Source of the DNA: an uncultured Gammaproteobacteria bacterium
GTDB taxonomy: Bacteria; Patescibacteriota; Microgenomatia; UBA12405
Reading direction: 5' to 3'
DNA length: 47,782 nucleotides
Assembly (NCBI GenBank): GCA_964605545.1
Contig: CAZSCX010000002.1
Span: forward strand, 1 to 47,782
Below are positions 38,916 to 47,782 of this stretch, in pieces. Under the pieces are notes generated by a model. It saw only the letters and a list, made by a program, of their open reading frames with translations. It was not told where the DNA came from and searched no databases. The translations under genes and the position numbers were made by a program. Within the stretch, counting starts at the first letter, position 1, and the number at the start of each line of letters is the position of its first letter.

Positions 38916-40802
38916 TTAGTATATATCAGGATCGTAGATAAAATCGTCTTCGGTTTCATTTTTCCTTTTGGAAGAAGTTTTACCTTGACTTAATTCTTGT
39001 AAATGAGAAGGGATATCAAGCAAAAAGCGACTTGGTTCATTAAGAGAACTTTTGCCGATATAAAGACGTTTTGAGGCATAGGTAATTTCCAAAAAATCCT
39101 TAGCTCGAGTGACACCAACATAACAAAGACGACGTTCTTCTTCTAATTGAGCCTCGTCGACAAGACAACGAGAATGAGGTAAAAGTCCTTCTTCGAAACC
39201 GACCAAAAAAACAACTTCAAATTCCAATCCCTTTGAACCATGAAGAGTCATGAGACGCACTCCTTCCCTGCTTTCTTTCTTTTTATTTTTTTCCTGAGCT
39301 GAGTATTCTTGTTGAACAAGGGCAATGTTTTCCAGAAAATCATTTATTTTTGGAAAAGAAGTGGCAACCGATTTTAATTCTTTAATATTTTCGATTCGTT
39401 TTTGATCATCATCATCTTTTGGATCAAAACGATTGAGATAAGTAGAAGAATTGATCAAAGATTCTAAAATTTGAACTGTATCTAAATTTTTATATTTAAA
39501 ATCTTTAATAAATTCAAAAAAATGACGGGATTTGATTTTGCCAAGTGATTTAATAATTCTGGTTTCGGATATTTTGTCATTTTGATTTACTAAATAACGC
39601 ATTAGGGAAAGAATATCTTTGACTTCTGCTCTTTCATAAAAACGAATACCCCCCAAAAGAACATAGGGTAAGCCAAATTTCAAAAAGGCTTCCTCTAAGA
39701 CACGAGATTGTGCATTCATCCGATAAAGAACGGCAATATTTTTGTAAGGAATATGGACTATATTGTGGTAAAAATTAATACGATCGGCAATATATTCGGC
39801 TTCATCCATTTCATTTGAAGCTTCATAGATTCTGATTAAATCATTAGATTTTTTGGCAGTAAATAGTTTTAGAACGGGATGGCTATTATTCTTTGAAATA
39901 ATATTATTAGCGGCATCAAGAATAATTTGAGTCGAACGATAGTTTCTTTCCAGATTGATTATTTTGGCATCTTTAAAGTCGGTGGTAAAACTAATAAGAT
40001 TTTTGTAATCGGCACCACGCCAACCATAAATTGCTTGAGAAGCATCGCCGACAGCTGTTATTTGACGATACTTTTTGGCTAATAGCTTGGTTAAGAGATA
40101 TTGGATTTGATTGGTGTCTTGATATTCGTCGACTAAGATAAATTTATATTTATTTTGATATTTTTCTAAGATTGATGGATTTTTTATAAAAAGATCAACG
40201 GTTTTAAAAAGTAAATCATTGAAATCTAGAGCTTTGAATTCTTCTAATCTTTTTTGGTATTGACGATAAATTTTTACGGCATATTCCGCCCAAAAACCAC
40301 TGGCTTCTTCTAATGCTTGATGGGGATTTAAATAATTATTTTTGCAATTTTCGATAAAATAGGCAATTGAGGATGGTTTAAATTCTTTGGGATTGAGATC
40401 CAGATCAATTAAAACTCTTTTAATTAAATTTTCTTGATCATCAGAATCATAGATAATAAAATTATTATTAATGCCGATCTTATCACCATCAATCCTTAAT
40501 ACCCGACAACAAAAAGAATGAAAGGTGCCGGCAAATAAATTATTGGAATTGTCTGCCGACAAGCAGTTTTTGGAAAGAAGTTTTGCCATTCTTTCTTTCA
40601 TTTCATTGGCGGCTTTGTTGGTAAAGGTTAATAGAAGAATTTCCTGAGACTTGGCAATTTTTTGATAAATAAAGTAAGCTGCCCGATGAGTTAAAACTCG
40701 AGTCTTACCCGATCCGGCACCGGCTAATAATAACAAGGGAGAACCTTGAAAAGTAACGGCTTGGCGTTGTTCTGGATTTAAATCTTTTAAGATATCGGAC
40801 AC
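38916..40802 (-). CDS. pcrA: UvrD/PcrA/Rep-family SF1 DNA helicase (628 aa, GTG start)
   Basis: LNPEQRQAVTFQGSPLLLLAGAGSGKTRVLTHR, LVDEYQDTN, TLHGSKGLEFEVVF, YVGVTRAK. Confidence 0.9.
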   Translation of the reverse strand: MSDILKDLNPEQRQAVTFQGSPLLLLAGAGSGKTRVLTHRAAYFIYQKIAKSQEILLLTFTNKAANEMKERMAKLLSKNCLSADNSNNLFAGTFHSFCCRVLRIDGDKIGINNNFIIYDSDDQENLIKRVLIDLDLNPKEFKPSSIAYFIENCKNNYLNPHQALEEASGFWAEYAVKIYRQYQKRLEEFKALDFNDLLFKTVDLFIKNPSILEKYQNKYKFILVDEYQDTNQIQYLLTKLLAKKYRQITAVGDASQAIYGWRGADYKNLISFTTDFKDAKIINLERNYRSTQIILDAANNIISKNNSHPVLKLFTAKKSNDLIRIYEASNEMDEAEYIADRINFYHNIVHIPYKNIAVLYRMNAQSRVLEEAFLKFGLPYVLLGGIRFYERAEVKDILSLMRYLVNQNDKISETRIIKSLGKIKSRHFFEFIKDFKYKNLDTVQILESLINSSTYLNRFDPKDDDDQKRIENIKELKSVATSFPKINDFLENIALVQQEYSAQEKNKKKESREGVRLMTLHGSKGLEFEVVFLVGFEEGLLPHSRCLVDEAQLEEERRLCYVGVTRAKDFLEITYASKRLYIGKSSLNEPSRFLLDIPSHLQELSQGKTSSKRKNETEDDFIYDPDIY

Positions 40803-40819
40803 CTGTCTATTTAACCATT

Positions 40820-42901
40820 TTATTTGATGACTTTATAGATTTTAGTTTTTCCGGTTTCAAAGATAGTCGAAAATCCTAGATCAATAAAGTTCTTTTCATT
40901 AAGAGCTGGGTATTTTTTGCGTTCATTGACTCCAAGAAAAACATAATCGACATTATATTTTTGAAGCAAACGACGAACTTCGTTGCGATCCTTATTGGTA
41001 TAAATTTTTTCGACATCAGCAGCACGGGCACCAGGCTGATCATAACCACCTCGCCAAAGCCATTCATGAACCAACCAACCTTGAACTGTGGGAAGACCGG
41101 TAGTAGCAGAAATTTGATTATAAAGAGTATAGCTATCTCCAACAGCTTCCAGCATTATTGGTTGACCGGTAATATTTTTATTTATCCAATCGATCGCTTC
41201 AAGATTATCCGAAAATTGATCTTTAAGAAAATTCATACCATAGAGACCCTTATATTCTTTTAGACCATAATAAGAACGAATGGCAAAGAATGGATATATT
41301 AAATGGGATACAAAAATTAGTAAAAATAATATTTTATAAATTAAATATTGACGATGATTTTTGATCAATGTGGAAAGACGAACCAAAACATAACCAGTTA
41401 TTAGGGAATATATGATAAAAGCTTGGTAAACTAATTTGAACATAGTATTGGCTCGACGATGAGAAAAGATATAAATATCTTTTAAATATACACATTCGGG
41501 AAGTACAACCAGGAGAGTGGCGGTCAAAAATAACCCCATGACAAAAAGATCGGTATACAAAAATGATTTCTTGCGATTTTTGAGTTGGTAAGAAAAGAGA
41601 GAAAAGATGTAAGGAATGATAATTAGCCAAAAACCACCATAGAGAATGAAGAGTTGATAAAAAGGTGTTTGAGCATCAGATAATTTTATGCCTTGGGCCA
41701 TAGGAATAAAATTGAGAGAAAAAGGGAGAGTAAAAATATACCAGGCAATAATTACACCTAGACCATTAACGATAGTTTTCCAAAGACTAATGTTGATCAA
41801 AAAATAAGTAACGGCAAACAATAAACCATAAATTGCAAAATCCCAAGCATTGGTCATAAAGGCCAAAGAAAGAGTCAAACCGGAATAAATTATCAACCGC
41901 CAATTAATGAAATATGAAGTGGGGGCGTTTAAAACCAAAAGCATAGCGATAAAAAAGAGAATAATGGGAATATCGTTCATGTGGCCATGGAGATCGGCGA
42001 CAACAAAACTATAAATGGGAAACTCATGAATTGTTTTGTCGTTAACATCAGGATCAAAACCAATAAATCTAGTAGCATCGGGATACCAATATGAGTTAGC
42101 AGCCCTTTGAAAAGCATTTTTGCTGAGAACTAGTTGACCATTATTTTGCTTGATATTGAGTTTAGATATTTTGTAAATAGCGTGAAGATTACCACCAAAA
42201 GTTAAGAATAGAGCAGAAAAAAGACCGCCGATAAGGATAAATTTAAATTGGGTTTTTTTGGTAAAAAAATGATGGATAATATTGCCCACTAAGGAAAAAC
42301 CGGAAACAAAAGTGAGAGCACAAACAGTAGCGATAGAAAGATTATAAGTAATAGCTGATATAAGTCCGGAAAATTTGGTTAATAGGCTAAAATATAGATG
42401 ACCGAAATAATAATAATTAATTGATTCACCAGCAAACCACATATCAGCTGGAGGCATATATTTAGCTCTAAGCATGGAATTAATAAAACCCCAATCCATG
42501 AATTTCTCTAAGCCTTCAATCATGGGATTGTAACCACGAACAAAAGACCAAAAAATCAAGATAATAAAAAATAATATTTCTTCAAAAATTAAAATTTTAT
42601 AATTATTTTTTAGTAATTTTATAAAATCAGCAAATTTTTGTTTTTTGAAAAGATAAAAATAATTTAAAAAAGAAATTAATAATAGAATCAAAAAAATCGA
42701 TGGAGTAGAAAAAGTGACAAGTTTAAAAATACCTAAAACAAAAATACAATAAGTGGTAAAAGTAATACCAATGATTTTGGAAAAAATATAACCTTTGTCA
42801 AAAAATTTTTTGAATAAATTAAAAGTAAAAGGAAGGACTGAAGTACCAAAAAGCAAAATAATAAACCACCAAAATAATATGTATTTTAAGTCAGCGAACA
42901 T
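40820..42901 (-). CDS. DUF2298 / YYY-motif polytopic membrane protein (GT-C-like putative glycosyltransferase)
   Basis: Many TM segments and the diagnostic AGESINYYYFGH motif. I prefer ATG 42901 (MFADLKY, 11-nt overlap with the PAP2 gene) over the TTG at 42946 in the track. Confidence 0.78.
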   Translation of the reverse strand: MFADLKYILFWWFIILLFGTSVLPFTFNLFKKFFDKGYIFSKIIGITFTTYCIFVLGIFKLVTFSTPSIFLILLLISFLNYFYLFKKQKFADFIKLLKNNYKILIFEEILFFIILIFWSFVRGYNPMIEGLEKFMDWGFINSMLRAKYMPPADMWFAGESINYYYFGHLYFSLLTKFSGLISAITYNLSIATVCALTFVSGFSLVGNIIHHFFTKKTQFKFILIGGLFSALFLTFGGNLHAIYKISKLNIKQNNGQLVLSKNAFQRAANSYWYPDATRFIGFDPDVNDKTIHEFPIYSFVVADLHGHMNDIPIILFFIAMLLVLNAPTSYFINWRLIIYSGLTLSLAFMTNAWDFAIYGLLFAVTYFLINISLWKTIVNGLGVIIAWYIFTLPFSLNFIPMAQGIKLSDAQTPFYQLFILYGGFWLIIIPYIFSLFSYQLKNRKKSFLYTDLFVMGLFLTATLLVVLPECVYLKDIYIFSHRRANTMFKLVYQAFIIYSLITGYVLVRLSTLIKNHRQYLIYKILFLLIFVSHLIYPFFAIRSYYGLKEYKGLYGMNFLKDQFSDNLEAIDWINKNITGQPIMLEAVGDSYTLYNQISATTGLPTVQGWLVHEWLWRGGYDQPGARAADVEKIYTNKDRNEVRRLLQKYNVDYVFLGVNERKKYPALNEKNFIDLGFSTIFETGKTKIYKVIK

Positions 42902-43460
42902 AAAAAATAAAATTAAATATTTTTTCGATAAAATTATTGATAACAAAAGGAAGATGTATAGGAAGAGAAAATAAATACATGGCTATACCAATAATGGCTC
43001 CACCAAGGACATCAATTGGATAATGCAGGCCGACAAAAACTCTAAATGAAAGAAGAGGCAAGACAATTAGCCAATAGAGAATGGGATTGAAAACTTGATA
43101 TTGCAGAATAAAAAAGAAAAAGAAAACAGCTTTTATGGTATGACCCGAAGGAAAAGAGCCGTTGGTATACCAATGTTTAATTAATCCAGAAGGAATAGAA
43201 TTTTTGTTTTTATGAACGGGGCGATGCCAAATTTTTTTGGTTTTAAGATATTTTTCGATTATTTCCCCTATTAGTGTGGCAAAAAATAATTGACAAAAGA
43301 TATTAATATCTTTCTTGATTAAAAGATAAGAAATATAAAAAAGAAAAATCCAAATAATATAATTAGTGGCAACTAAAACAAAACGGCCAATTGGAAATTG
43401 GCAAAAATGTTTAAAGTAGTCTTTTTTTGGTTGCCAAAAAAACAATTCTTTGTTGGTCAT
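42891..43460 (-). CDS. PAP2-superfamily lipid phosphate phosphatase
   Basis: Three PAP2 motifs: KTKKIWHRP (Kx6RP), PSGH, and RVFVGLHYPIDV (Rx5Hx3D). The protein is polytopic. Confidence 0.85.
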   Translation of the reverse strand: MTNKELFFWQPKKDYFKHFCQFPIGRFVLVATNYIIWIFLFYISYLLIKKDINIFCQLFFATLIGEIIEKYLKTKKIWHRPVHKNKNSIPSGLIKHWYTNGSFPSGHTIKAVFFFFFILQYQVFNPILYWLIVLPLLSFRVFVGLHYPIDVLGGAIIGIAMYLFSLPIHLPFVINNFIEKIFNFIFYVR

Positions 43461-44509
43461 TAGAAAAATATTTTAATAATTTTTAATATTCCCTGACTCC
43501 AGGGAACTCGATGAGAAACACCACTTTGATTTTGAAAATTGTCGAGATTGGCAAGATACCATTTATAATTTCTAATCAAAGCTTCGGCATTGGAATATTT
43601 TGGTTGGAAATTAAGTTTTTCTTCGGCTTTTTTTATAGAAACAAAAGAATCTTTACCGGCAGTTTCGTAAACCCATTTATAAAGAGGTGAAAGATGGAAA
43701 AATTCTAGAATCTTTAGAGCCGCAATAACAGGAGCGGCAGGAAAACCAATAATTTTTTTGCCAAAACCGGCATAATCAAGAACTTTTTGATAATCTTCTC
43801 TCATAGTGCTAAAACGTTTAGCACCAATATTAAAGGTATCGTTTACCTTTTTAGAATTAAGAGTTAAACAGGAATGAATGACAACACATAAATCTTGGAC
43901 ATCCAATAGTTGATAGGGATTGTTGCCATTGCCTATCACAGGAAAATTTTTGCCGGATTTAGCCCAATCATAGAGGAGAGAAAAAACACCTAGTCTCTCG
44001 GGACCAATAAATGATTTGGGTCTTAGTACCGGAATGATCATCCCCTTTTTACGATATTCTTGACAATATTGTTCAGAGATAATTTTGGCTTCGCCATAAG
44101 GCCCAACACCATGTAATTTATCAGTTTCGTAAAGAGGATGATGATCGGGAATACCGTAAACTGCAGTAGATGAAATATAAACGAAACGTTTAATTTTTTT
44201 CTCTTTGGCTTGTTTTAATAAATCTTTAGTGGCATAAGCATTGGTGGACATAATATCCTCTTTGGAATAAAGAGGTAAGGCAGCGGCGGCATGGACGATA
44301 TAATCGACACCTTGATAGGATTTTTCGATAGTTTTAGGATGACGAATATCACCTAAAATAAAATCGATTTTTCTTAATTCGGGATAATTGAATGGAGCAA
44401 TATCAAGAACCCTAACCGAATAGTTGTTTTTGAGAAGGTGACGAACAAGATTGATACCCAGAAAACCTGAACCGCCGGTAACTAAAACTAAGGGTTTTTT
44501 GTTAGTCAT
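43460..44509 (-). CDS. NAD-dependent sugar epimerase/dehydratase/reductase (extended SDR)
   Basis: VLVTGGSGFLGINL Rossmann motif and the YGEAK catalytic YxxxK. Confidence 0.9.
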   Translation of the reverse strand: MTNKKPLVLVTGGSGFLGINLVRHLLKNNYSVRVLDIAPFNYPELRKIDFILGDIRHPKTIEKSYQGVDYIVHAAAALPLYSKEDIMSTNAYATKDLLKQAKEKKIKRFVYISSTAVYGIPDHHPLYETDKLHGVGPYGEAKIISEQYCQEYRKKGMIIPVLRPKSFIGPERLGVFSLLYDWAKSGKNFPVIGNGNNPYQLLDVQDLCVVIHSCLTLNSKKVNDTFNIGAKRFSTMREDYQKVLDYAGFGKKIIGFPAAPVIAALKILEFFHLSPLYKWVYETAGKDSFVSIKKAEEKLNFQPKYSNAEALIRNYKWYLANLDNFQNQSGVSHRVPWSQGILKIIKIFF

Positions 44510-44517
44510 ATGGGTAT

Positions 44518-44523
44518 ATTATA
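44518..44523 (-). promoter_or_regulatory. Putative -10 box TATAAT, 8 nt upstream of the SDR ATG, overlapping the upstream stop codon
   Basis: The minus strand reads aaagaTATAATatacccatATG. Confidence 0.35.
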
Positions 44524-46033
44524 TCTTTTTATAAATTAATACTTGAGGATGATCATAAACCGTAAATGATTCATCGGCGTTCTGATCATTAATAGTAACA
44601 CCAAAAATTGCAGGAAAACGCGTAAATTCTTTGACTTTTTGATAATTTAACTTGCCTTCAAATAGATCTTGATAATACTTGGCACTAATAGGATATTTGT
44701 CCTTTAGATCGGTAATAGGTTTCCAAAGGCGATTGCTGGCAATGACCAGATAGTCTCCCCGATTTAATTGGTCATTAATTTTTAACCATTTTTGAGGGTT
44801 ATGATCAGACTCATACATAGCCAATTCTTCTGTTTTGTGGCCAAAATCACTACCAAGCGGAAGGCCATCGTCCCAATGTTCTCGAAGAATTGTTGAATTT
44901 GGAGGAAGGTTGTTTTTGAGCCAAAGAGAAGCATCGAGGCGTGTATTAGGATAAAAATAAATACTTAGGAAAGCCAGGAGTATAAAAAAATGAGGGATAA
45001 AAAACAGAAGAAAGAGATTCTTGTTTTTTTTCAGATAAAGGGCAGCTGTGAGACAAATAAAAGGATAAAGGGGCAACATGTAGCGCATGAATTTAACAGC
45101 AAAACATCCGGTAATGGCAAAATATATGAAAACAAAAATAAACATAAAAATAAAACCCTTTATTTTTATGTTTCTGAAAAATTTAGTAAAAAATAAAAGA
45201 GAAGCAAGACTAAGAAAGGGGCCAGCTCCCCATAAAAAAATATTTTTTAAAGGATATAGATAAGCAGTAGTTTTAACATACTGGAGAGTGTAAGGAAAAA
45301 CATAGGCATTTTTGGTCATGGCTTGCTGCTCCATAATCTGACGATAAAAAGTTTTAAAATCTAAAAAAGCATAAGGCATGCCGATAAAAAGAAAAAAAAG
45401 AGAAAAGAGACCAAAAAGAAACAAGTGTTTGATTTTGTTTGGTTTAAGAAAAATTATTAAAATTATGGGAAATAAAATCGGAAAGGCGCTGACCTTGGTA
45501 GCAAAAGCAAGACCGGTAAAAATACTGCTGAAGACAAGATATTTTGAGGTAGTATAAAAATAAAAAAGAAGAGCAAAATAGAGAGATAAATAAATAAAAC
45601 AATTTAATATGGTATCGACGGCGTAAAAATGAGAAAGTTGAACGGCGAAAATACAAGTAGCATAAAAAATTGCTGATATTAGTGATGTTTTTTCCGATTT
45701 TGTAAATAATTTGCAAATTAGATAAATAGTATAAATAGTTATGACGTCAAAAATTGAGGAGATAAAACGGCCAATTAAATTTATATAATCATAGGAAGAT
45801 GAAGGCGGAAAAATGTGAGCCAAATTATTTGATACAATTTTTAATAAGTAAATAGGAAAGGAACCATAGGCAAAAAATTTAGGGTTGAGATTGTTGGGAT
45901 AAGTAATTTTTTCGGTAACCATAATAATCATTCTTTCATCGGGATGAAGGTGATAACCTTGATCCCAATTAAGACCGAAAGTTCTAAACAAAAGACCAAT
46001 AACTAAAATGAAATAGATTAAATATTTCTTCAT
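44519..46033 (-). CDS. GT-C-fold polytopic glycosyltransferase (ArnT/PMT, GT39-like), paralog 1
   Basis: About 12 TM segments and a first-loop acidic motif, NWDQGYHLHPDERM. The soluble C-terminal domain ends FTVYDHPQVLIY. It is a clear paralog of the next gene. Confidence 0.72.
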   Translation of the reverse strand: MKKYLIYFILVIGLLFRTFGLNWDQGYHLHPDERMIIMVTEKITYPNNLNPKFFAYGSFPIYLLKIVSNNLAHIFPPSSSYDYINLIGRFISSIFDVITIYTIYLICKLFTKSEKTSLISAIFYATCIFAVQLSHFYAVDTILNCFIYLSLYFALLFYFYTTSKYLVFSSIFTGLAFATKVSAFPILFPIILIIFLKPNKIKHLFLFGLFSLFFLFIGMPYAFLDFKTFYRQIMEQQAMTKNAYVFPYTLQYVKTTAYLYPLKNIFLWGAGPFLSLASLLFFTKFFRNIKIKGFIFMFIFVFIYFAITGCFAVKFMRYMLPLYPFICLTAALYLKKNKNLFLLFFIPHFFILLAFLSIYFYPNTRLDASLWLKNNLPPNSTILREHWDDGLPLGSDFGHKTEELAMYESDHNPQKWLKINDQLNRGDYLVIASNRLWKPITDLKDKYPISAKYYQDLFEGKLNYQKVKEFTRFPAIFGVTINDQNADESFTVYDHPQVLIYKKI

Positions 46034-47553
46034 TTGCTTCTTTGATAAAGTCTAATTTTGGGATGATCAAAAACTGTCCAGGTTTCTTCGGCATTTTCCG
46101 GATCTAACAAAAAATAATTTTTAATTTGGAAAGTTTTTAGAGATTTAAAACCAGATTTTCCGGAAAAAAGATCTTTATAATATTGACTGCTAAAAGGAAA
46201 AGAAATTCCTTTTTGGTTTTTGAAAACACGACGTGATGGAATTAATACATAATCGGAATTTTTTTGATATCTTTGTAGTTCTGCCTGATTATTGGAAGAA
46301 TTTTCTAGACTATAAAAATCAAAATTGATAGTTTTAAAATGATTATTGGTATTAATGGGAATGTTTATGACATTGCCACCTTCAGAAAGAATTGTCTTGC
46401 CGGAAACAATGTTTTGATCAATCCATTTTGAAGTCTGAAGACGAATATCGGGCTTTAAATAAAGATTGATAAAAAGTAAACCAGGCGTAAGACAAAGAAT
46501 GGTAAATAGATAAAATAATTTTTCCGATTTAATTTTACTGATAAATAATACAGCGAAAAATGGAAAAATAAAAAATATGGGAGCCATAAAACGAACCCAT
46601 TTAGTATAAAGCTGACCAAAATAAATAAAATAAATTAAACAAGGAATAAGGAGAATAAAATATTTTTGATTAAAAAGTTTTTTCTTGATAAAAAGAAAAA
46701 ACCCAAAAATAGATAAAATAAAAGTAGATAACCCAGACACATAGGGAAATATTTTATGAAACTGAAAAATATATGGAAGACTGTGAAGAAATTGATTGGT
46801 ATAGAAAACCTTGATTTTGCCGGTGGCGACACCGGTTTCATAGTTCATTGAGGAAAGAAATTCATGAAAATTGATCAAATAATAAGGGGTGGAAATAAGG
46901 GTAATTGAACCAGTAATTAGTAAATAGTAAACAGTAGTTAGTAAATTAAATTTTAAGGCAAAAATAATAGGTAAGATAAAAAAGACAGCAGTAATTTTAC
47001 TACCGATGCCAATTCCAGTAACCAAAGCAGACCAAAAAATATATTTTAATTTTATTTTTTCGTGCAACATTAACGCCATATAGATATTGAAAACAAGAAC
47101 AAAAGATAGAATTGATTCCGTGGTACCAAAATGGGCAATTTGAATTAAACCTGGATTTAGGATAATAAAGAGAAATAAAAGCAGTTGATATTTTGGTTTT
47201 TTAAAAAATATTTTTGAAATTAGATAAATAAAATAAGCAGTAAAACAGGAAAATATTGCTGATAAAATCCTTAACCCAAAAACCGCTTGAATAAAACTAA
47301 GATTGATACTCAAAGACGGATTAAACCAAAAATTAAAAAATTTAAAAATAAAATAAACAATATAAAGTGGAAATTGACCATAAGCATAAAAACCAGGATC
47401 AAGATTTTGGGGTGATAATTGAGAAATGGCTCGAGCCATATTACTTTCATCGGGATGAAAGAAATAATTGTTTCCCCAATTTATTTTTAGAAAACGAGTA
47501 AAACACAAGAGTAGCACCAATAAGATAAAAAAATTTTTTGGTTTAGAGAACAT
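46030..47553 (-). CDS. GT-C-fold polytopic glycosyltransferase (ArnT/PMT, GT39-like), paralog 2
   Basis: NWGNNYFFHPDESNM, NLDPGFYAYGQFPLY (paralog 1 has NLNPKFFAYGSFPIY), and a C-terminus WTVFDHPKIRLY. It has an ATGA overlap with paralog 1. Confidence 0.72.
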   Translation of the reverse strand: MFSKPKNFFILLVLLLCFTRFLKINWGNNYFFHPDESNMARAISQLSPQNLDPGFYAYGQFPLYIVYFIFKFFNFWFNPSLSINLSFIQAVFGLRILSAIFSCFTAYFIYLISKIFFKKPKYQLLLFLFIILNPGLIQIAHFGTTESILSFVLVFNIYMALMLHEKIKLKYIFWSALVTGIGIGSKITAVFFILPIIFALKFNLLTTVYYLLITGSITLISTPYYLINFHEFLSSMNYETGVATGKIKVFYTNQFLHSLPYIFQFHKIFPYVSGLSTFILSIFGFFLFIKKKLFNQKYFILLIPCLIYFIYFGQLYTKWVRFMAPIFFIFPFFAVLFISKIKSEKLFYLFTILCLTPGLLFINLYLKPDIRLQTSKWIDQNIVSGKTILSEGGNVINIPINTNNHFKTINFDFYSLENSSNNQAELQRYQKNSDYVLIPSRRVFKNQKGISFPFSSQYYKDLFSGKSGFKSLKTFQIKNYFLLDPENAEETWTVFDHPKIRLYQRSK

Positions 47554-47782
47554 AAACTAAGGTGATCATTAGAATTCCCCAAGAGGCAACGGCAATGATG
47601 AGGGGAATATCGGTAGACACAACTCTTTCTGGACGTTCACCTTCTTGCATTTCAAAAATGATTTGACCATAACGCATAAGACCAAAGATAACCGGAAAAA
47701 GAGTAATCATATACCATTTACGATCAAGTAATAAGGGAAAATTGGCCAGTAAATATTTATGAATACTGCCATCAAAAGAAAT
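47543..47782 (-). CDS. UbiA-superfamily prenyltransferase C-terminus, decaprenyl-phosphate phosphoribosyltransferase-like (partial, last 79 codons)
   Basis: My translation is ISFDGSIHKYLLANFPLLLDRKWYMITLFPVIFGLMRYGQIIFEMQEGERPERVVSTDIPLIIAVASWGILMITLVYVL*. The RY-x(n)-GE-x-PE-x(n)-D-x-L...W tail resembles the C-terminus of DPPR synthases. It overlaps the next gene by 11 nt. Confidence 0.65.
   Translation of the reverse strand: MSFDGSIHKYLLANFPLLLDRKWYMITLFPVIFGLMRYGQIIFEMQEGERPERVVSTDIPLIIAVASWGILMITLVYVL

Noticed and set aside
42891-42901. Near-identical overlapping gene junctions, TTTATGTTCgCTgA (PAP2/YYY, 42891-42904) and TTTATGTTCtCTaA (UbiA/GT-C, 47543-47556), as a possible duplicated regulatory junction
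   Set aside because: The shared 9-mer is AT-rich and both cases simply encode a ..(F/V)YV C-terminus overlapping an MF.. start. With only two instances I cannot distinguish this from coincidence.

Overview
47.8-kb window from an AT-rich (about one-third G+C by eye), very gene-dense, streamlined bacterial genome. I support about 44 protein genes. All but three are on the minus strand, many with 1-, 4-, 8- or 11-nt start/stop overlaps. The standard code applies, because TGA is used as a stop in several ATGA overlaps. There are no rRNA or tRNA genes and no CRISPR array. The content is mostly core information processing: rpoB (partial), alaS, proS, ftsK, RNase J, pnp, rpsO, infB, nusA, hrcA-grpE-dnaK-dnaJ, gatCAB and two UvrD-family helicases. 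There are also Gram-positive-type envelope genes (sortase, an LPXTG-type substrate, mltG, a FemX-like gene, a RodZ-like gene). Many proteins are domain-minimised: IF2 lacks the N-terminal region, AlaRS is 556 aa, ProRS is 404 aa, HrcA is 246 aa, the MiaB-like enzyme lacks TRAM, DnaJ lacks the Zn finger, and the Lon homologue lacks its protease. Together this suggests a Candidate Phyla Radiation / Patescibacteria-type organism, which is inference only. Most notable: (1) an IS200/RAYT-like Y1 transposase ORF carrying GC-rich REP-like hairpins and tandem repeats in frame; (2) a right-hand cluster resembling a polyprenyl-phosphate-pentose (decaprenyl-phosphoarabinose-like) glycosylation pathway: UbiA/DPPRS-like, two GT-C paralogs, SDR epimerase, PAP2 phosphatase and a YYY membrane protein; (3) an untracked 59-codon cysteine-rich ORF with a strong Shine-Dalgarno sequence 9 nt upstream of a helicase-nuclease that is followed by dut, an orphan gene and rmuC; (4) a sortase and a 703-aa bitopic protein inserted into the alaS-ruvX-mltG cluster; (5) a recurrent pattern in which a -10 box lies 5-9 nt upstream of the ATG of unit-first genes, implying widespread leaderless mRNAs, including a CIRCE operator embedded in the hrcA core promoter.
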